Source of the DNA: Isurus oxyrinchus
Taxonomy: Eukaryota
Direction of reading: 5' to 3'
Length of the DNA: 64,000 nucleotides
NCBI GenBank assembly: GCA_026770705.1
Contig: JANJGN010000026.1
Span: 27,218,001 to 27,282,000, forward strand
Made by a program: the position numbers and the translations under genes. The notes beneath the pieces are model-generated. The model did not search any database. It was not told the origin of the DNA and worked only from the letters and a program-made list of their open reading frames with translations. Position 1 is the first letter of the stretch; each line of letters starts with the position of its first letter. Of the stretch, positions 1 through 11,500 are shown piece after piece.

Positions 1-1113
1 TACTTCTCCAGCGTCATTTTCCAGTGGCCCATTGTCCAATTTTGCCTCTCTCTTACCTTTTATATATCTAAAAAAACTCTTGCAATCTTCTTTTATATTA
101 CTGGCTAGTTTACCCTCATATTTAATCTTCTACCTCCTTATTTCTTTTTTAGTTGTCCTCTGTTGGTTTTTGTAGGCTTCCCAATCCCCTGACTTCCCAC
201 TGCTCTTCGCCGCATTATATGCTTTCTCTTTAGCTTTTATGCTGTTCCTGACTTCCCTTGTCAGCCAAGGTTGCCTCGCCCTCACTTTAGTATGTTTTTT
301 TCTTCCTAGGGATGAATTTTTGCTGTGTGTCCCAAATTACTCCCAGAAACTCCTGCCATTGCTGTTCCACTGGTTTTCCTGTTAGGCTCATCTCCCAGTC
401 AATTCTGGCCAGTTCCTCCCTCATGCCTCTGTAGTTGCCTTTATCAACTGTAATACCGTTACATCTGATTCCAGCTTTTTCCTCTCAAATTGCAGGGTAA
501 ATTCTATCATATTATGGTCACTTCCTCCTGAAGGTTGTTTCATCTTAAGTTCCCTTATCAAACCTGCCTCATTACACATCACTAAATCTAGAATTTCCTG
601 TTTCCTAGTGGGCTCCACCACAAGCTGCTCCAAAAAGCCATCTCGTAGACATTCCACAAATTCCTTTTCTTGGGATCCACTACCAACCTGATTTTTCCAG
701 CCTTCCTGCATATTGAAATCCCCCATGATCACTGTAACCTTGCCTTTCTTACATGCTTTTTCTATCTCCTGGATAGAATCTTGCGCCTCACATTCTGACT
801 ACTGTTCAGAGGCCTGTACATAACTCCCATTATGGTTTTTTTTTTACCTTTGCAGTTCCATAACTCTACCCACACAGATTCTACATCATCTGACACTACG
901 TCATTTCTTGCTATCGATTTAATTTTATTTCTTACTAACAAAGCAACGCCACCCCCTCTGCCAACCTGCCTATCTTTTCGATAGGATGTATACCCTTGGA
1001 TATTTAGCTCCCAGTCCTGATCCCCTTGCAGCCATGTCTCCGTGATGCCCACCACATCATACCTGCCAATTTCAATCTGTGCCACAAGCTCATTTACCTT
1101 ATTTCGTATACTG
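1..1113 (-). mobile_element. CR1-type LINE ORF2 fragment (APE endonuclease region), frameshifted
   Basis: ORFs 762-1085 and 421-732 carry DVVGITETWL, YRKDR..GGGVAL, IMGDFN, ILDLV and SDHNMI, the endonuclease motifs of CR1 ORF2. Confidence 0.9.
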
Positions 1114-1749
1114 TGTGCCTACTCTTGCTCCTAACTTCTATGTTTCTATGTTTCACACTTATCCACTTTGCACTGAATCTGCTATGTATTTGCCCACTCA
1201 CTCAACTTGTCTATATTGCCTTGTAGCCTCTTAGCATTCTCCTCACCACTGTCATTCCCACCTAGTTTTATGTCGTCAGCAAATTTGGAAATATTACATT
1301 TGGTTCCCTCATTCAAATAATTGATATAAGGAATTCATGCACCATGAAATACGGTGGCCCTGTTTATAAACATACGTCTTAGGAAACAATCAGTTGATCA
1401 TGGCTTGTATGCCAGCCCTTTGAATGAGCCATCCAGTTAGTTACATTCATCTACTCAGTGTTCAAATCCGCCCTATTCAAGTATTTATCAAATTCTTGTG
1501 TGGAAGCTACTCTTCAACTTGCGCCCAGCTTCCTTTCAGTTAGCACATTTCAGAGCACAAATCACTGCTTAAGAATTCCCCATGTTATCAATTACATTAT
1601 TTTAAGCATTAAAGGTGAACTTCATGGACATAGAGTTTCAGTGGTGCAGAGCTGTTCATGACAAAGAACGAAAGGTAAACCAAAGGAAAGGGAAAGAAAG
1701 GTAGGAAGGAAGAAGGGAGGGAAGGCAGGCAAGAAGGAAGGAGAAAAAG

Positions 1750-2200
1750 ATAATAATTTATTCAGCGCCTTTCAACACCCCAAGATGTTCCAAAGTGCTT
1801 TAGAACCAATGAAGTATTTTACAGTTGCAATGTCGGATTTTGGCAGAAAATGTGCGCAGAGCAAGATTCCAGAGATATATGGAACACTTGAACACAAATA
1901 CGATTTCAGTTGTATCAGATGAGAGACAAATATTGGCCCAGAGCCCTGGGGTGAACACTTCCTCTGTTTTTTTGTGAAACAGTGACAGTGGCTGAATTTA
2001 CAATACATCGTGAACGTGTAGACACCGAACATAGATCTCATCCAGAAAGAGATCACCTCCAACCGCTCAGCATTCCTATGGTATTGGGGGCACAGGGGGC
2101 TGTCAGCACTGGATTCGGGCCTTACGTCCCTGGAGTGTGGGAACTTGAACCGCCGGATTTATGATGAAGCTGACAGGTAGTTCCAAACACTGAGTCACTC
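1750..2200 (-). mobile_element. SINE (Deu-domain/SacSINE1-like), degenerate; related copies at ~10980-11440, ~34880-35250 and ~53830-54190
   Basis: Shared recurrent segments (gcgcctttca..ccaaagtgcttta..ccaatgaagta; tctcatcc(a/g)aaaga..cacc..cag..ctc). The family name is from recall and unverified. Confidence 0.5.
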
Positions 2201-2227
2201 TGACGGAAGGGGAGGCTTTATTATTTT

Positions 2228-5200
2228 TTACCGTTTAAAACAACTGGTGAGGGTGGCGAATGGATATATCATCACTTTCCTCAGCTCCTCTCGGAACTTG
2301 TTCTGGGCCACCGCATAGATGAAGACATTGTTGCAGGAGCTGAGTAACTGCAGCATGTTGGTTGTCTCTTGAAGGATGTAATCTGGGTCATTGAAATCCA
2401 GGCCCGTGAAGTAGGCCTCACCTGGAATCCGCACGTAGAGGAAATGTCCGACATAGGTGACCCACAGGAGGAGGAAGCTGAGGGAGATGGCGAAAAGCAG
2501 GACAATGGACCTCTTGCGGTTGATCAACTCCTGGTCTCCGTGACTCTCGGCGCCCCGGAGCTTCCTGTGGGCTCTGCTGGCCGCTAAGATGTGCCTTATG
2601 GTCAGGGCGTTAAGCAGCAGAATGAGGAGGAACGGGAGGAAAGGAGTTAAGATGTGGTCAAGCCAGTCATAGGCCTGCCAGGCGGTGGAGGAATAATAAG
2701 CTGCTATGATGTCACAGAACCAGGGCACCCCGTCCAGGATGTACAAAGGCTGGTAGGTGAAATGGAAAGGGACGTTCTTGATGCAGCTCAGGGCACTGAC
2801 CAATCCTATAACTAGCAATGCAGTTTCCTTGGTGCAGTATCTGGTCTTCAGGCCATGACAGCAGATGGCCACAAAACGGTCGAAGGTGAAGGCGACAGTC
2901 AGCCAGACTGAGACATCCCGGGTGGCAAAGACCAGCACGGCACTGAGCTTGCATGCAGGTGTAGTGGACAGGACACTGAACCTGAAATAAATTCCACCAA
3001 TCCGGTTGAGGGTGACGGCGGTGATTATGACCAGGAAATCGGCCACCGCTATCGCCAACAGGTAGTAGGTGATGCAACGGGAGAGTCCGCACCGTCCTCG
3101 GGCTAGTATTACAATCCCCAGCAAGTTAGCTATGAGAGACACAAATAGAGCTGTTAGCAAACGGGATCCAAACACCAGCTATTGCCTCACCCAATCTGTT
3201 AGTAAAAGCCTCCTCATCCGTCACTTTTACACTGCAGACTCCCACTATTCGAACACCATTGGAATTTGTTCGACATCTAATGCTGGATTGGCGCTTGCCA
3301 ATGCAGGAGTGACAACAATCAACCCCCGCCATAATCTCTGCTCTCTGGTCATTGAGTCAATCCTCGGGGCTAGCTATCCAGCTATACCTGATTCGAAACA
3401 TATGCTGCTCATGCCCTTATTCATGCCAAGTCCCATCCATCCATCAGCCCGTGCTCGCTGATCTACATTGATTCATAGTTGGACAACGGCTCGGTTTTAA
3501 TAATCTGATTCTTCAAAATTTCAAACACCTCAGTCTCATCAATCCACCCCTTGTAACACGCTACGGCCATCTGAGATCTCAGCGTACTACCCATTCTGCC
3601 CTCTTGTGTATCCCTGATATTAATCGATCCATCAGTGGTGCTAAGAGTTTTGAATGAATCTCTTGTCTCCGTGTTTACAAAGGAAAGGGAGGATGTAGAT
3701 ATAGTAGTCCAGGAGGAACACTGCGAGATATTGGACAGGATAGTCATGAAGAGAGAGGAAATACTCGAAGGGTTGAAATCCTTCAAAGTTTATAAGTCAC
3801 GAGGGCCAGATGGATTGTTTCTGAGGCTGCTGAAGGAAGTCAGGGAGGAGATAGCAGATGCTCTGAGGATGATTTTCGAATCTTCATTAGATATAGGGGA
3901 GGTACCGGAGGACTGGAAAAATGCAAATGTAGTTCCATTGTTTAAAAAGGGATCAAAGGAAATGCCAAACAATTATAGGCCAGTTAGTCTTACATCAGCG
4001 GTGAGCAAATTAATAGAATCAATCCCGAGAGATAGGATTAACTGTCATATGGAAAGGCATGGACTAGTCAGGGATGGTCAACATGGATTTGTTAAAGGAA
4101 GGTCTTGCCTCAAAAATTTGATTGAATTTTTTGAGGAAGTGACAAGAACGGTTGATGAAGGTAGTGCAGTGGATGTTGTGTACATGGAATTTAGCAAGGC
4201 ATTTGACAAGGTCCCACCTGGCAGATTGGTCAGAAAAGTAAAAGCCCATGAGATTCAGCATAATGTGGCAAACTGGATAAAAAGCTGGCTTTGTAACAGG
4301 AAACAAAGGTCAATGGATGCCCTTGTGAATGGAAAGTTGTCTCAAGTGGTGTTCCACAGGGCTCGGTGTTGGGACCTTTGCTGCTTGTGTTATATATTAA
4401 CGATGTGGACGTGAATGTGGGGGGCACAATTGGGAAATTTGCAGATGACACAAAGATTCAGCAAGTAGTGGATAGTGTAGAGGGTAGCCATAATCTCCAA
4501 AACGTTATAGATGGTTTGGTGGAGTGGGTGCTAAATGGCAGATGGATTTTAACATAGAAAAGTGTGAGGTCGTATATTTAGGGAGGTCAAACAGTTACAG
4601 GGATTACACAGTAAATGGGAATGTACTAAGAGGCGTAGATGAAGTGAGAAATCTTGGCGTACAAGTACACAAGTCCCTGAAGGCAGCAGTTCAAGTAGAC
4701 AAGGTTGTACAGAAGGCATATGGAACGCTCTCCTTCATTGGCAGAGATATAGAATATAAAAGTAAGGATATGATGTTGGAATTGTATAAAACACTGGTGA
4801 GGCCACAACTGGAATATTGTGTGCAGTTCTGGTCACCACATTACAGGAAGAACGTAATAGTTCTGGAGAGAGTGCAGAGGAGGTTTACAAGAATGTTGCC
4901 AGGGTTAGAAAAGTGTAGCTACGAGGAGAGATTGGATAGGTTGGGTTTGTTTTCCTCCGAACAAAGAAGGCTGAGGGGTGACTTGATTGAGGTGTACAAA
5001 ATTATGAGGGGAATAGATAGAGTTGGCAGGATAAATTGGTTCCCTTGGTGAAGAGTTCTAGAACTAGAGGAAATAGATTCAAGACAAGTAGCAGAGTGTG
5101 AAGGGGACACTAGGAAGAACTTATTTACACAGAGGGTAGTGGGTGTCTGGATTTCGCTGCCCAAGTTGGTGGTAGAGGCAGAAACTCTAAACTTTTTTTA

Positions 5201-6429
5201 AAAGTACCTGGATCTGCACCTTAAGCGCTGTAAGTTGCAGGGGTATGGGCTGGGTGCAGTAAGGTGGGATAAGAAAGGGCCCCTGGGTGTCCTCGGGCTG
5301 GCATGGACAAGATGGGCCGAATGGCCTCCTTCTGAGCTGTAACTTTTCTATGGTTCTAGTAGCATCAGCTGTCGAGGCCCTAATCTTAATCGATGGTTCC
5401 ATCTCTCCTTCCTTCTTTGGAATCTTTCTTATAACCTGTCTCTTGATCAAACTTTTGATCATCGACCGCAATATCTCCTTATGTCGTTCTGTATCAGTTT
5501 TGTTTGTTAAGGTTCCTCTGAAGCTTCCCCACCATAGGTACTGCAATGGTTGATGTAAAACCACAATTCCATCTTCTCAGGAGAGATGAAAAATACACGT
5601 TAACCTCGCCAACACCAGTCACATCCCATGAATAAAAAATATTTACTTATGCAAAATGAAATTCAAATACACCAAGCCTATCAGCGCAAGTCAAACTGCA
5701 TAACAGATTACAAATCTATTTTCATCCTCACTCAGCTCTGTTAAACGTTTCTATTATAAATTTCGAAGACCGCATTAACAATGGGGAGTACCCAGTGGGA
5801 ACTCACTCCACTGTAACTATTGCATCCTTCCAGGGGTCGCATTGTGGTTTAATGTAATCACTGAACAAATGTTTATATCACAAGGCATCTAATATTTTGG
5901 TTGTGCTGGAATAAATCATCTTCCAATATTGTAATATGCTCAATGCACCAACATTTTCCATTTTACTGCACTAATGAACGTTATTATTCAGCGTGACAGA
6001 GGAAACACTAGGTCGCTATTTACTACATTAAAATAAAATCTAATGTTAAACATGATAACAGATCAGTGTACATGCAATGCTACTTATTACAATTCATATT
6101 TCAGAAATCTAACAAAAGTTGTTCTATAAGCAATAATACGTTGAATACAATCTTGTAATGCTCCCATCTGTAAGTGCTCAGAATGCACTATAATTGACCA
6201 TAATACAGCATAATATCCTAAAATGTGCATGCATTGGAACCTGGTTGAAGTGTCTTACACTTAGAGAGCCATGAATATTAGAAAAAAAAATCAGCATTAT
6301 CCTGAAAGGGAAGAGACAAGTTTCCTGAAGATGTACAAAAAAAGCGATCCATGACTTACCGGGGACACCAATAGCAGCGAGGGTGGGATAGTAAATGGCA
6401 AAGAAGAGTCCTTTCACCGGTCCGTGCAT
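2228..6429 (-). CDS. GPR139/GPR142-like class A GPCR, intact, two exons (6360-6429 and 2228-3129), 323 aa
   Basis: Exon 1 MHGPVKGLFFAIYYPTLAAIGVP with G|GTAAGT donor; acceptor catag|CT at 3129 gives an in-frame ANLLGIVILARG; seven hydrophobic segments, SVWLTVAFTFDRFVAICC (TM3 DRF) and NNVFIY (TM7); no stops. Confidence 0.9.
3640..5352 (+). mobile_element. 5'-truncated CR1 LINE (RT domain plus 3' tail) inside the GPCR intron
   Basis: GPDG, PEDWKNANVVPLFKKG, NYRPVSLTS, QHGF, SKAFDKV, KFADDTK, LVRPQLEYCVQFWSP; frameshifts; typical 3' tail gggccgaatggcct. Confidence 0.95.
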
Positions 6430-6899
6430 TATACTTTAGAAGCCAATGAATTTCTCCAAGCTCCAGACCCCAGCTCTGCAACGTGTTCAAAACATCCCTT
6501 ATTTATTCCGAGTGGGAGTCTCCAGAGGGGCAATTAAGTTACAACATTGCAGCTCGCTGTACAAACAGATGAACTCGCTGTTCCACGCCTACTATTTGTG
6601 ACATTGGCGAGGTGGATGATTCCATTATGGTGCAGGCGAACTACTGGCTGCAAACTCTGCGGCCCCATCCCCTGAGCCATGTCTGGCCTTGTCCCTGAAA
6701 TGGAGCTTCTGAGCTCCTGTTTCTAACCTAAAACAATTTCTTCCCATTCTGACATGTTCCCAATTATTTTGTGCTTTTGGGCAGAAGAGTAGTTAATGTT
6801 TTGGTTTATTAATGACTTTATCAGAATATTCAGATACAGTTGCAGCTGAACGATTTTAAGTAACTCAGTTAACATCCAATGAAGAGCCCAGTGCTGGAG

Positions 6900-9800
6900 G
6901 TGCTCACAGCCCCTTGCAATCTCAGCATCCTGGTTTGGACCAGTGTCCCCCATGTCGCAGGTTGACACGGCAGCCATGCAGCGCACTCATCTCTGGTAAT
7001 CCGAGGGAACCAGCACTCTCCGGGAAGCATTAAGAGGCTGTCACATAGGGCCAGGAATGGTGCTCAATGCATCCATGGTAACCACGTCTCTCTCTTTCAT
7101 GCTGAAGGAGGACCACGTTAGGATCGTGGATCCTGGTGACCTTGCTGTATGCCTACTGATTCTATAGAAGACAGAGGAGAGAGCGACTGAGACACTTGGC
7201 CGGCAAAGACAGGAGCAGAAACCTCATGAAGAAGGGGCAGCAGGGACTCCCGCACACACTGCCCAGGGAGACAGTGAGCCATGGCTAGTTGGTGCCTAGC
7301 GCCGCTCAGGGCCTAGAGATGCTGCCTATCATCCCTGCAGATGACTAGGTCGCCGACGACTGTGAATATCTAGGGACCTGGTGGCTCACATCTGCCACTT
7401 ACTGTTGGACTTGGCGGCAAGGGGAAATGGAGGGCATCCACTGCCAGTGGCTGTGAAAGTGACAGTGGCGCTCAATTTCTATACTAGTGGCTCCTTTCAG
7501 GGCTCCACAGGTGACTTCTGTGGGATTTCACAATCCGCCGCCCGCAAACACATCCATGAGTTCACAGATGCCAACTTCTACATTGCATTTGTGCATTTCA
7601 CCCGGGACCTGCACAGCCAGGATGCAAAGACCATTGGATTCGCCCTCATCTCGGGATTCCCACAGGTGCAGAGTGCGATTGGCTGCACTCATGTGTGCTC
7701 AGGTCTCTGTCACTACACTCAGTGGCCTTCATCAACTGCAAGGGCTTCCACTCTCTGAACGTGCAGCTGGTATGCGACCATCGGAAACACATGCTGTAGG
7801 TATCCTTATGGTTTCCAGGGAATGTGCACGCCGCCTACATCCTAAGTCATTCACAGATCCTTGCAGTTTTCCAGGGTCCACAGAGGCTGCAGGGTTGACT
7901 CCTTGGGGACAAGGGCTACCCGCAGAGGCCATGCCTGATGACACCTGTGCGGCGGCCTCAGGCTGCAGCGGAGTGATGCGACAATGAGGCTCATGCAACA
8001 GCTCACAAATTGGTGGAGCAGACCATCAGGATGCTGAAGATGCAATTCCGGGGCCTGGCCTGGCCTGGCCTGGTGGAGCCCTGCATACAGTCCGCAGAGG
8101 GTGTCACACATCGTCACCATCCACTGCGGCCTTTACAACCTGGTGCTCCAACGGGGAGAGGAGCTGGCTAAGGAAGAGATTGAGGAGCTGCACATCTCTT
8201 CCAATGAGGAGAACGCCGACAGGGTGAGAGTGAGGGGGTCCTTGCTGGTTATGGTCACAGGGAGGAGGCTCTCACACTGGTTAGAAGAGGCAGGCATACT
8301 CAGAAGTGTTTAAGGAGGATGGTGGCAATATGCAGTGAGATGTCCCCATAGATCGTCACATCGATTTTGTAAACATTTGACTCCAGTCTAGCTTTTCATG
8401 GCGCCAATGCCCTCTATGAGAATGCTCCTGTCATGAAGATGCCATGGACGCCATAATGGTCACTCGATCTCAGACGGATGATAACAACATGCAGTGAGGA
8501 CACTCCATAGATCTTCACAAAGCCTCTGAGTACGTCTGACTCCTCTCTGGCCAAGGGCAGCTCGCTTGTGCTCTATGATCAGGGTAATTTCAGAGAGGCA
8601 GCCATGAAACTTTAGATGCATCTGATGCTGTGTCCGCCTTCAGCACCCCTGCCGTTCAAGTGTTGGTGCGCAGCATCACTGGTCAAAGATGCTGGTGTGA
8701 TGGCGGCCAGCCCCACCTGAAAGGTGCTGAGAACACACAGAGAGCATGAAAGAATTCTGTGGCGCCTGCCCACTACATTCTGGCAGCAATGACCAACACT
8801 GCCAAGATGCAGGCATCTGTAATGTTTCCAGGGAGTGTGAGGCTGGGCCATAACTGTGGTCTGAAGTCCGCACAGAGAACAGGGAAGAGGCCCTGGACTG
8901 AAACACCTTTCTTGTGCAGAAAGGTTTCACTTTTAAGTGACAAGTACCCTGCTCATCAGAACAAGGAGCCACAGGCAGGGAGAAATTCTTGGGAGTTTAT
9001 TGACAATAGTAGACATTACGTGCAAGTGATTATCACCCGTGTCCAGTCTATGCAACCAATTCTCTTTAACTGTCCTAACCCTGTCACTACGCCTTGTTGC
9101 TCCCCGGACATCCACAGCGGAGTTGGAGGCAGCCTGCTGACTGCAACACCCTGTCTGTGATGACTTTGGCAGACGCCCTCTGGAAGGCTGAGACTTGGAG
9201 GGTCCCAGACTGCTTTCAGGATCCTGCTGTGTGGCGCTGTCACCCTCCTCGGCCTGTGAAGCTGGATCTGCGGAGGGCATAGGATAAGGAGAAACAGGTG
9301 GGCCAGTCACTCCCAGAGTCAACTGGATGGATGACCCCGGAGCATGTGCCTGCTGATTCTCCTCCCTTTGGGTGCCCAAAGGCTCCTGGCTGATTCCATG
9401 AGTGGAAGGGGTAGCTGGAGTGAGATCGAGTTTCCCAGTGCCCCTCTAGTGTATACATTGTTGGAGGCCAACTATGTCATCGGAGGTGGAGTTAAGCCTG
9501 CGCAGCAGTGCAGGGGTGACGTCCTGGACCAAAGCCTGCATGGTGGCCAGTGTTGACCTCGGTGCATTGCAATGCTGGCGCTATCACCTCAGCCTGAAGA
9601 CTGACTGACTTCTCCATCGTGCCTTGCAATCTGAGGAGTGCAGAGGCCTGTCATTCCTGATGTTCCCGCGCTTGCCTTTGTAACTCCAGCAACTGCTCCA
9701 CAACCGAGCCCAGAGGCTCGTCATTTGATTTGGACTCAACAACGTTCTGGCCTCCAGCAGTCCTCCAGGCTCTGGGCACCTGGGAAGTCGCTGCTTCCAC

Positions 9801-10330
9801 CTGCTGTGGATCAGAATGTCTGATGTGCTCACAATATTGTGGCCCCCAAAGCTAGGTCCCACCGAAGTGTGTGTCTCTGCGCTGGTGGAGGATGTGGGTG
9901 AGCTTTGAGACGGGACTTCAGCAAGGGTGCCTTCAGATTCCTCTTTGGAGGATTCTTCGGATCTTGCTTGGAGGCTCTGTGACATGGGCTCCCTCTGCTG
10001 CTTCCCAAATGTGCCTGCGAAGGCAAGGGGAGATAATTAGTGCACGACAGTAGCCTGTGAAAGAGGACACATCACTCACAGCGTGGTTGCCTGATGGATG
10101 TTGCACTGCTGGATCCTCACTTGGTAGAGCAGCGCCTACCTTACAATCAGCACAGGACCCGTCCCAGTCATGGCCGGCCACCTGGATGGCTGTTTTCAAA
10201 TTCTGTGAGAACTTTGAATTCGTCACCCCTCCTCCTGTCTGCAACTTTTCCCTCTGTTATGAGCAAGTTTGTCCTGCATGGATGGAGCTGGGGAGAGTGT
10301 ATCAGGATGCCTGCCGGGCATATTAAATCC
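6900..10330 (+). mobile_element. Decayed PIF/Harbinger DNA transposon: DDE transposase on + (~7300-8313) and a convergent second ORF remnant on - (~8930-10300)
   Basis: Frameshifted pieces LPVAVKVTVALNFYTSGSFQ..GISQS, GFPQVQSAIGCTHV, KGFHSLNVQLVCDH, LLGDKGYP, VEQTIRMLK and HCGLYN match HARBI1-like transposases; the opposite strand has a QTGGG motif typical of the Myb/SANT partner. Ends approximate; TIRs not identified. Confidence 0.8.
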
Positions 10331-11500
10331 TGCCTCAGTTGGTAATGTACTAGGCCTGCCTATATTTGCGTTTCACGAGGTCCTGCATTGTGTTTTACTG
10401 GAGTACACCATGCCTCTGATGATATCATGCCAGGCTCTGCCTGAGTTATTACTGACTAAGCTATGCCTCCACCAAATGGACAAATAGTCTGACAGAAGGT
10501 AGATATTAATATTGGTAGAACTTCATTTAGGAGTGTGTGAGGGTACAATCATTTATAGCAGGAAACCCCTGTTTGGTTCTACGGACAGCCATCAGAACCT
10601 GCCTGTAATTTAAGTGATCTGGTATTCTGTTTGTAATATTAGTGTTGAGAACATGAGAACGTTGTAAAACTCTCAGAGATCATCGGAGGTTAAGGCACAG
10701 GATGAAAAGTGAGCAAAAGTCCGCAGCACTTGATTTACTTCATGGAAAACCATGTTTTGTTGAAGTTTCCCGTTCACATTTGCCAATAATATGTAGATAT
10801 TATATGCAGCATGTATAATGTAATCTATTACTTATACACGCATATATGGTTATTTGCGGTATGTATATGTGCCAAACAAATTAACCTTAAAGAAAGCAAA
10901 AGTGCAGGAAATACACAACAGGTCAGCAGTTAAAGTTTCAGGTGACTTTCATATTTATTCATTATTCTATTCATACTCATTTATACAACTCCTTTCGAGA
11001 CCTCAGGACGCTCTAAAAGCACTTTTATAGCCAATTAAGTTATTTCCAGTTGTTGTGACTGTTTAATATAAGAAACGCGGCAGTCAATTCTCGCACAAGA
11101 AGTTTCTACGAACAATTGGACCAAAGAGCAAAGAATTGGTTTCAAAGGTGCATGTGGGGATAAATATGGGCCCAGGGCACGGGGAATATTTCCTGCTGTT
11201 CTTTTACAAAGAGACCGTGAGGTAATTTACATTTCACCTCAGCTTGCACACACGGATCTCGGTTTAGTGTCTCATCCAGAAAGATGACAGCTCCGACAGT
11301 GCAGCACTCCTTCAGTTCTGCCAACCGGGGACTTTTGGTCTGGGGTTATAGAGTTTCTGTTTTTGGTCTGGGACCCTAACCCACGACTTTTTTTATTCAG
11401 CTGAGGGACATAAAGTGCCACATACAGACCCACTGTGATGGAAGAGAAACATCAGGAGCAAGTAATGGGAGTTGGCGCTTAAAAAGGGAGAAGCGAATGT

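Noticed and set aside
3130-3175. N-terminal MFGSRLLTALFVSLI of the 315-aa ORF as a signal peptide or start
   Set aside because: It is the intron 3' end with a non-ATG start; the paralogs show the real ATG exon upstream
7381-8313. Domesticated HARBI1 host gene or RAG-like transposase
   Set aside because: Multiple frameshifts and stops with a decayed partner ORF indicate a dead Harbinger element; the motifs are not Transib/RAG1-like
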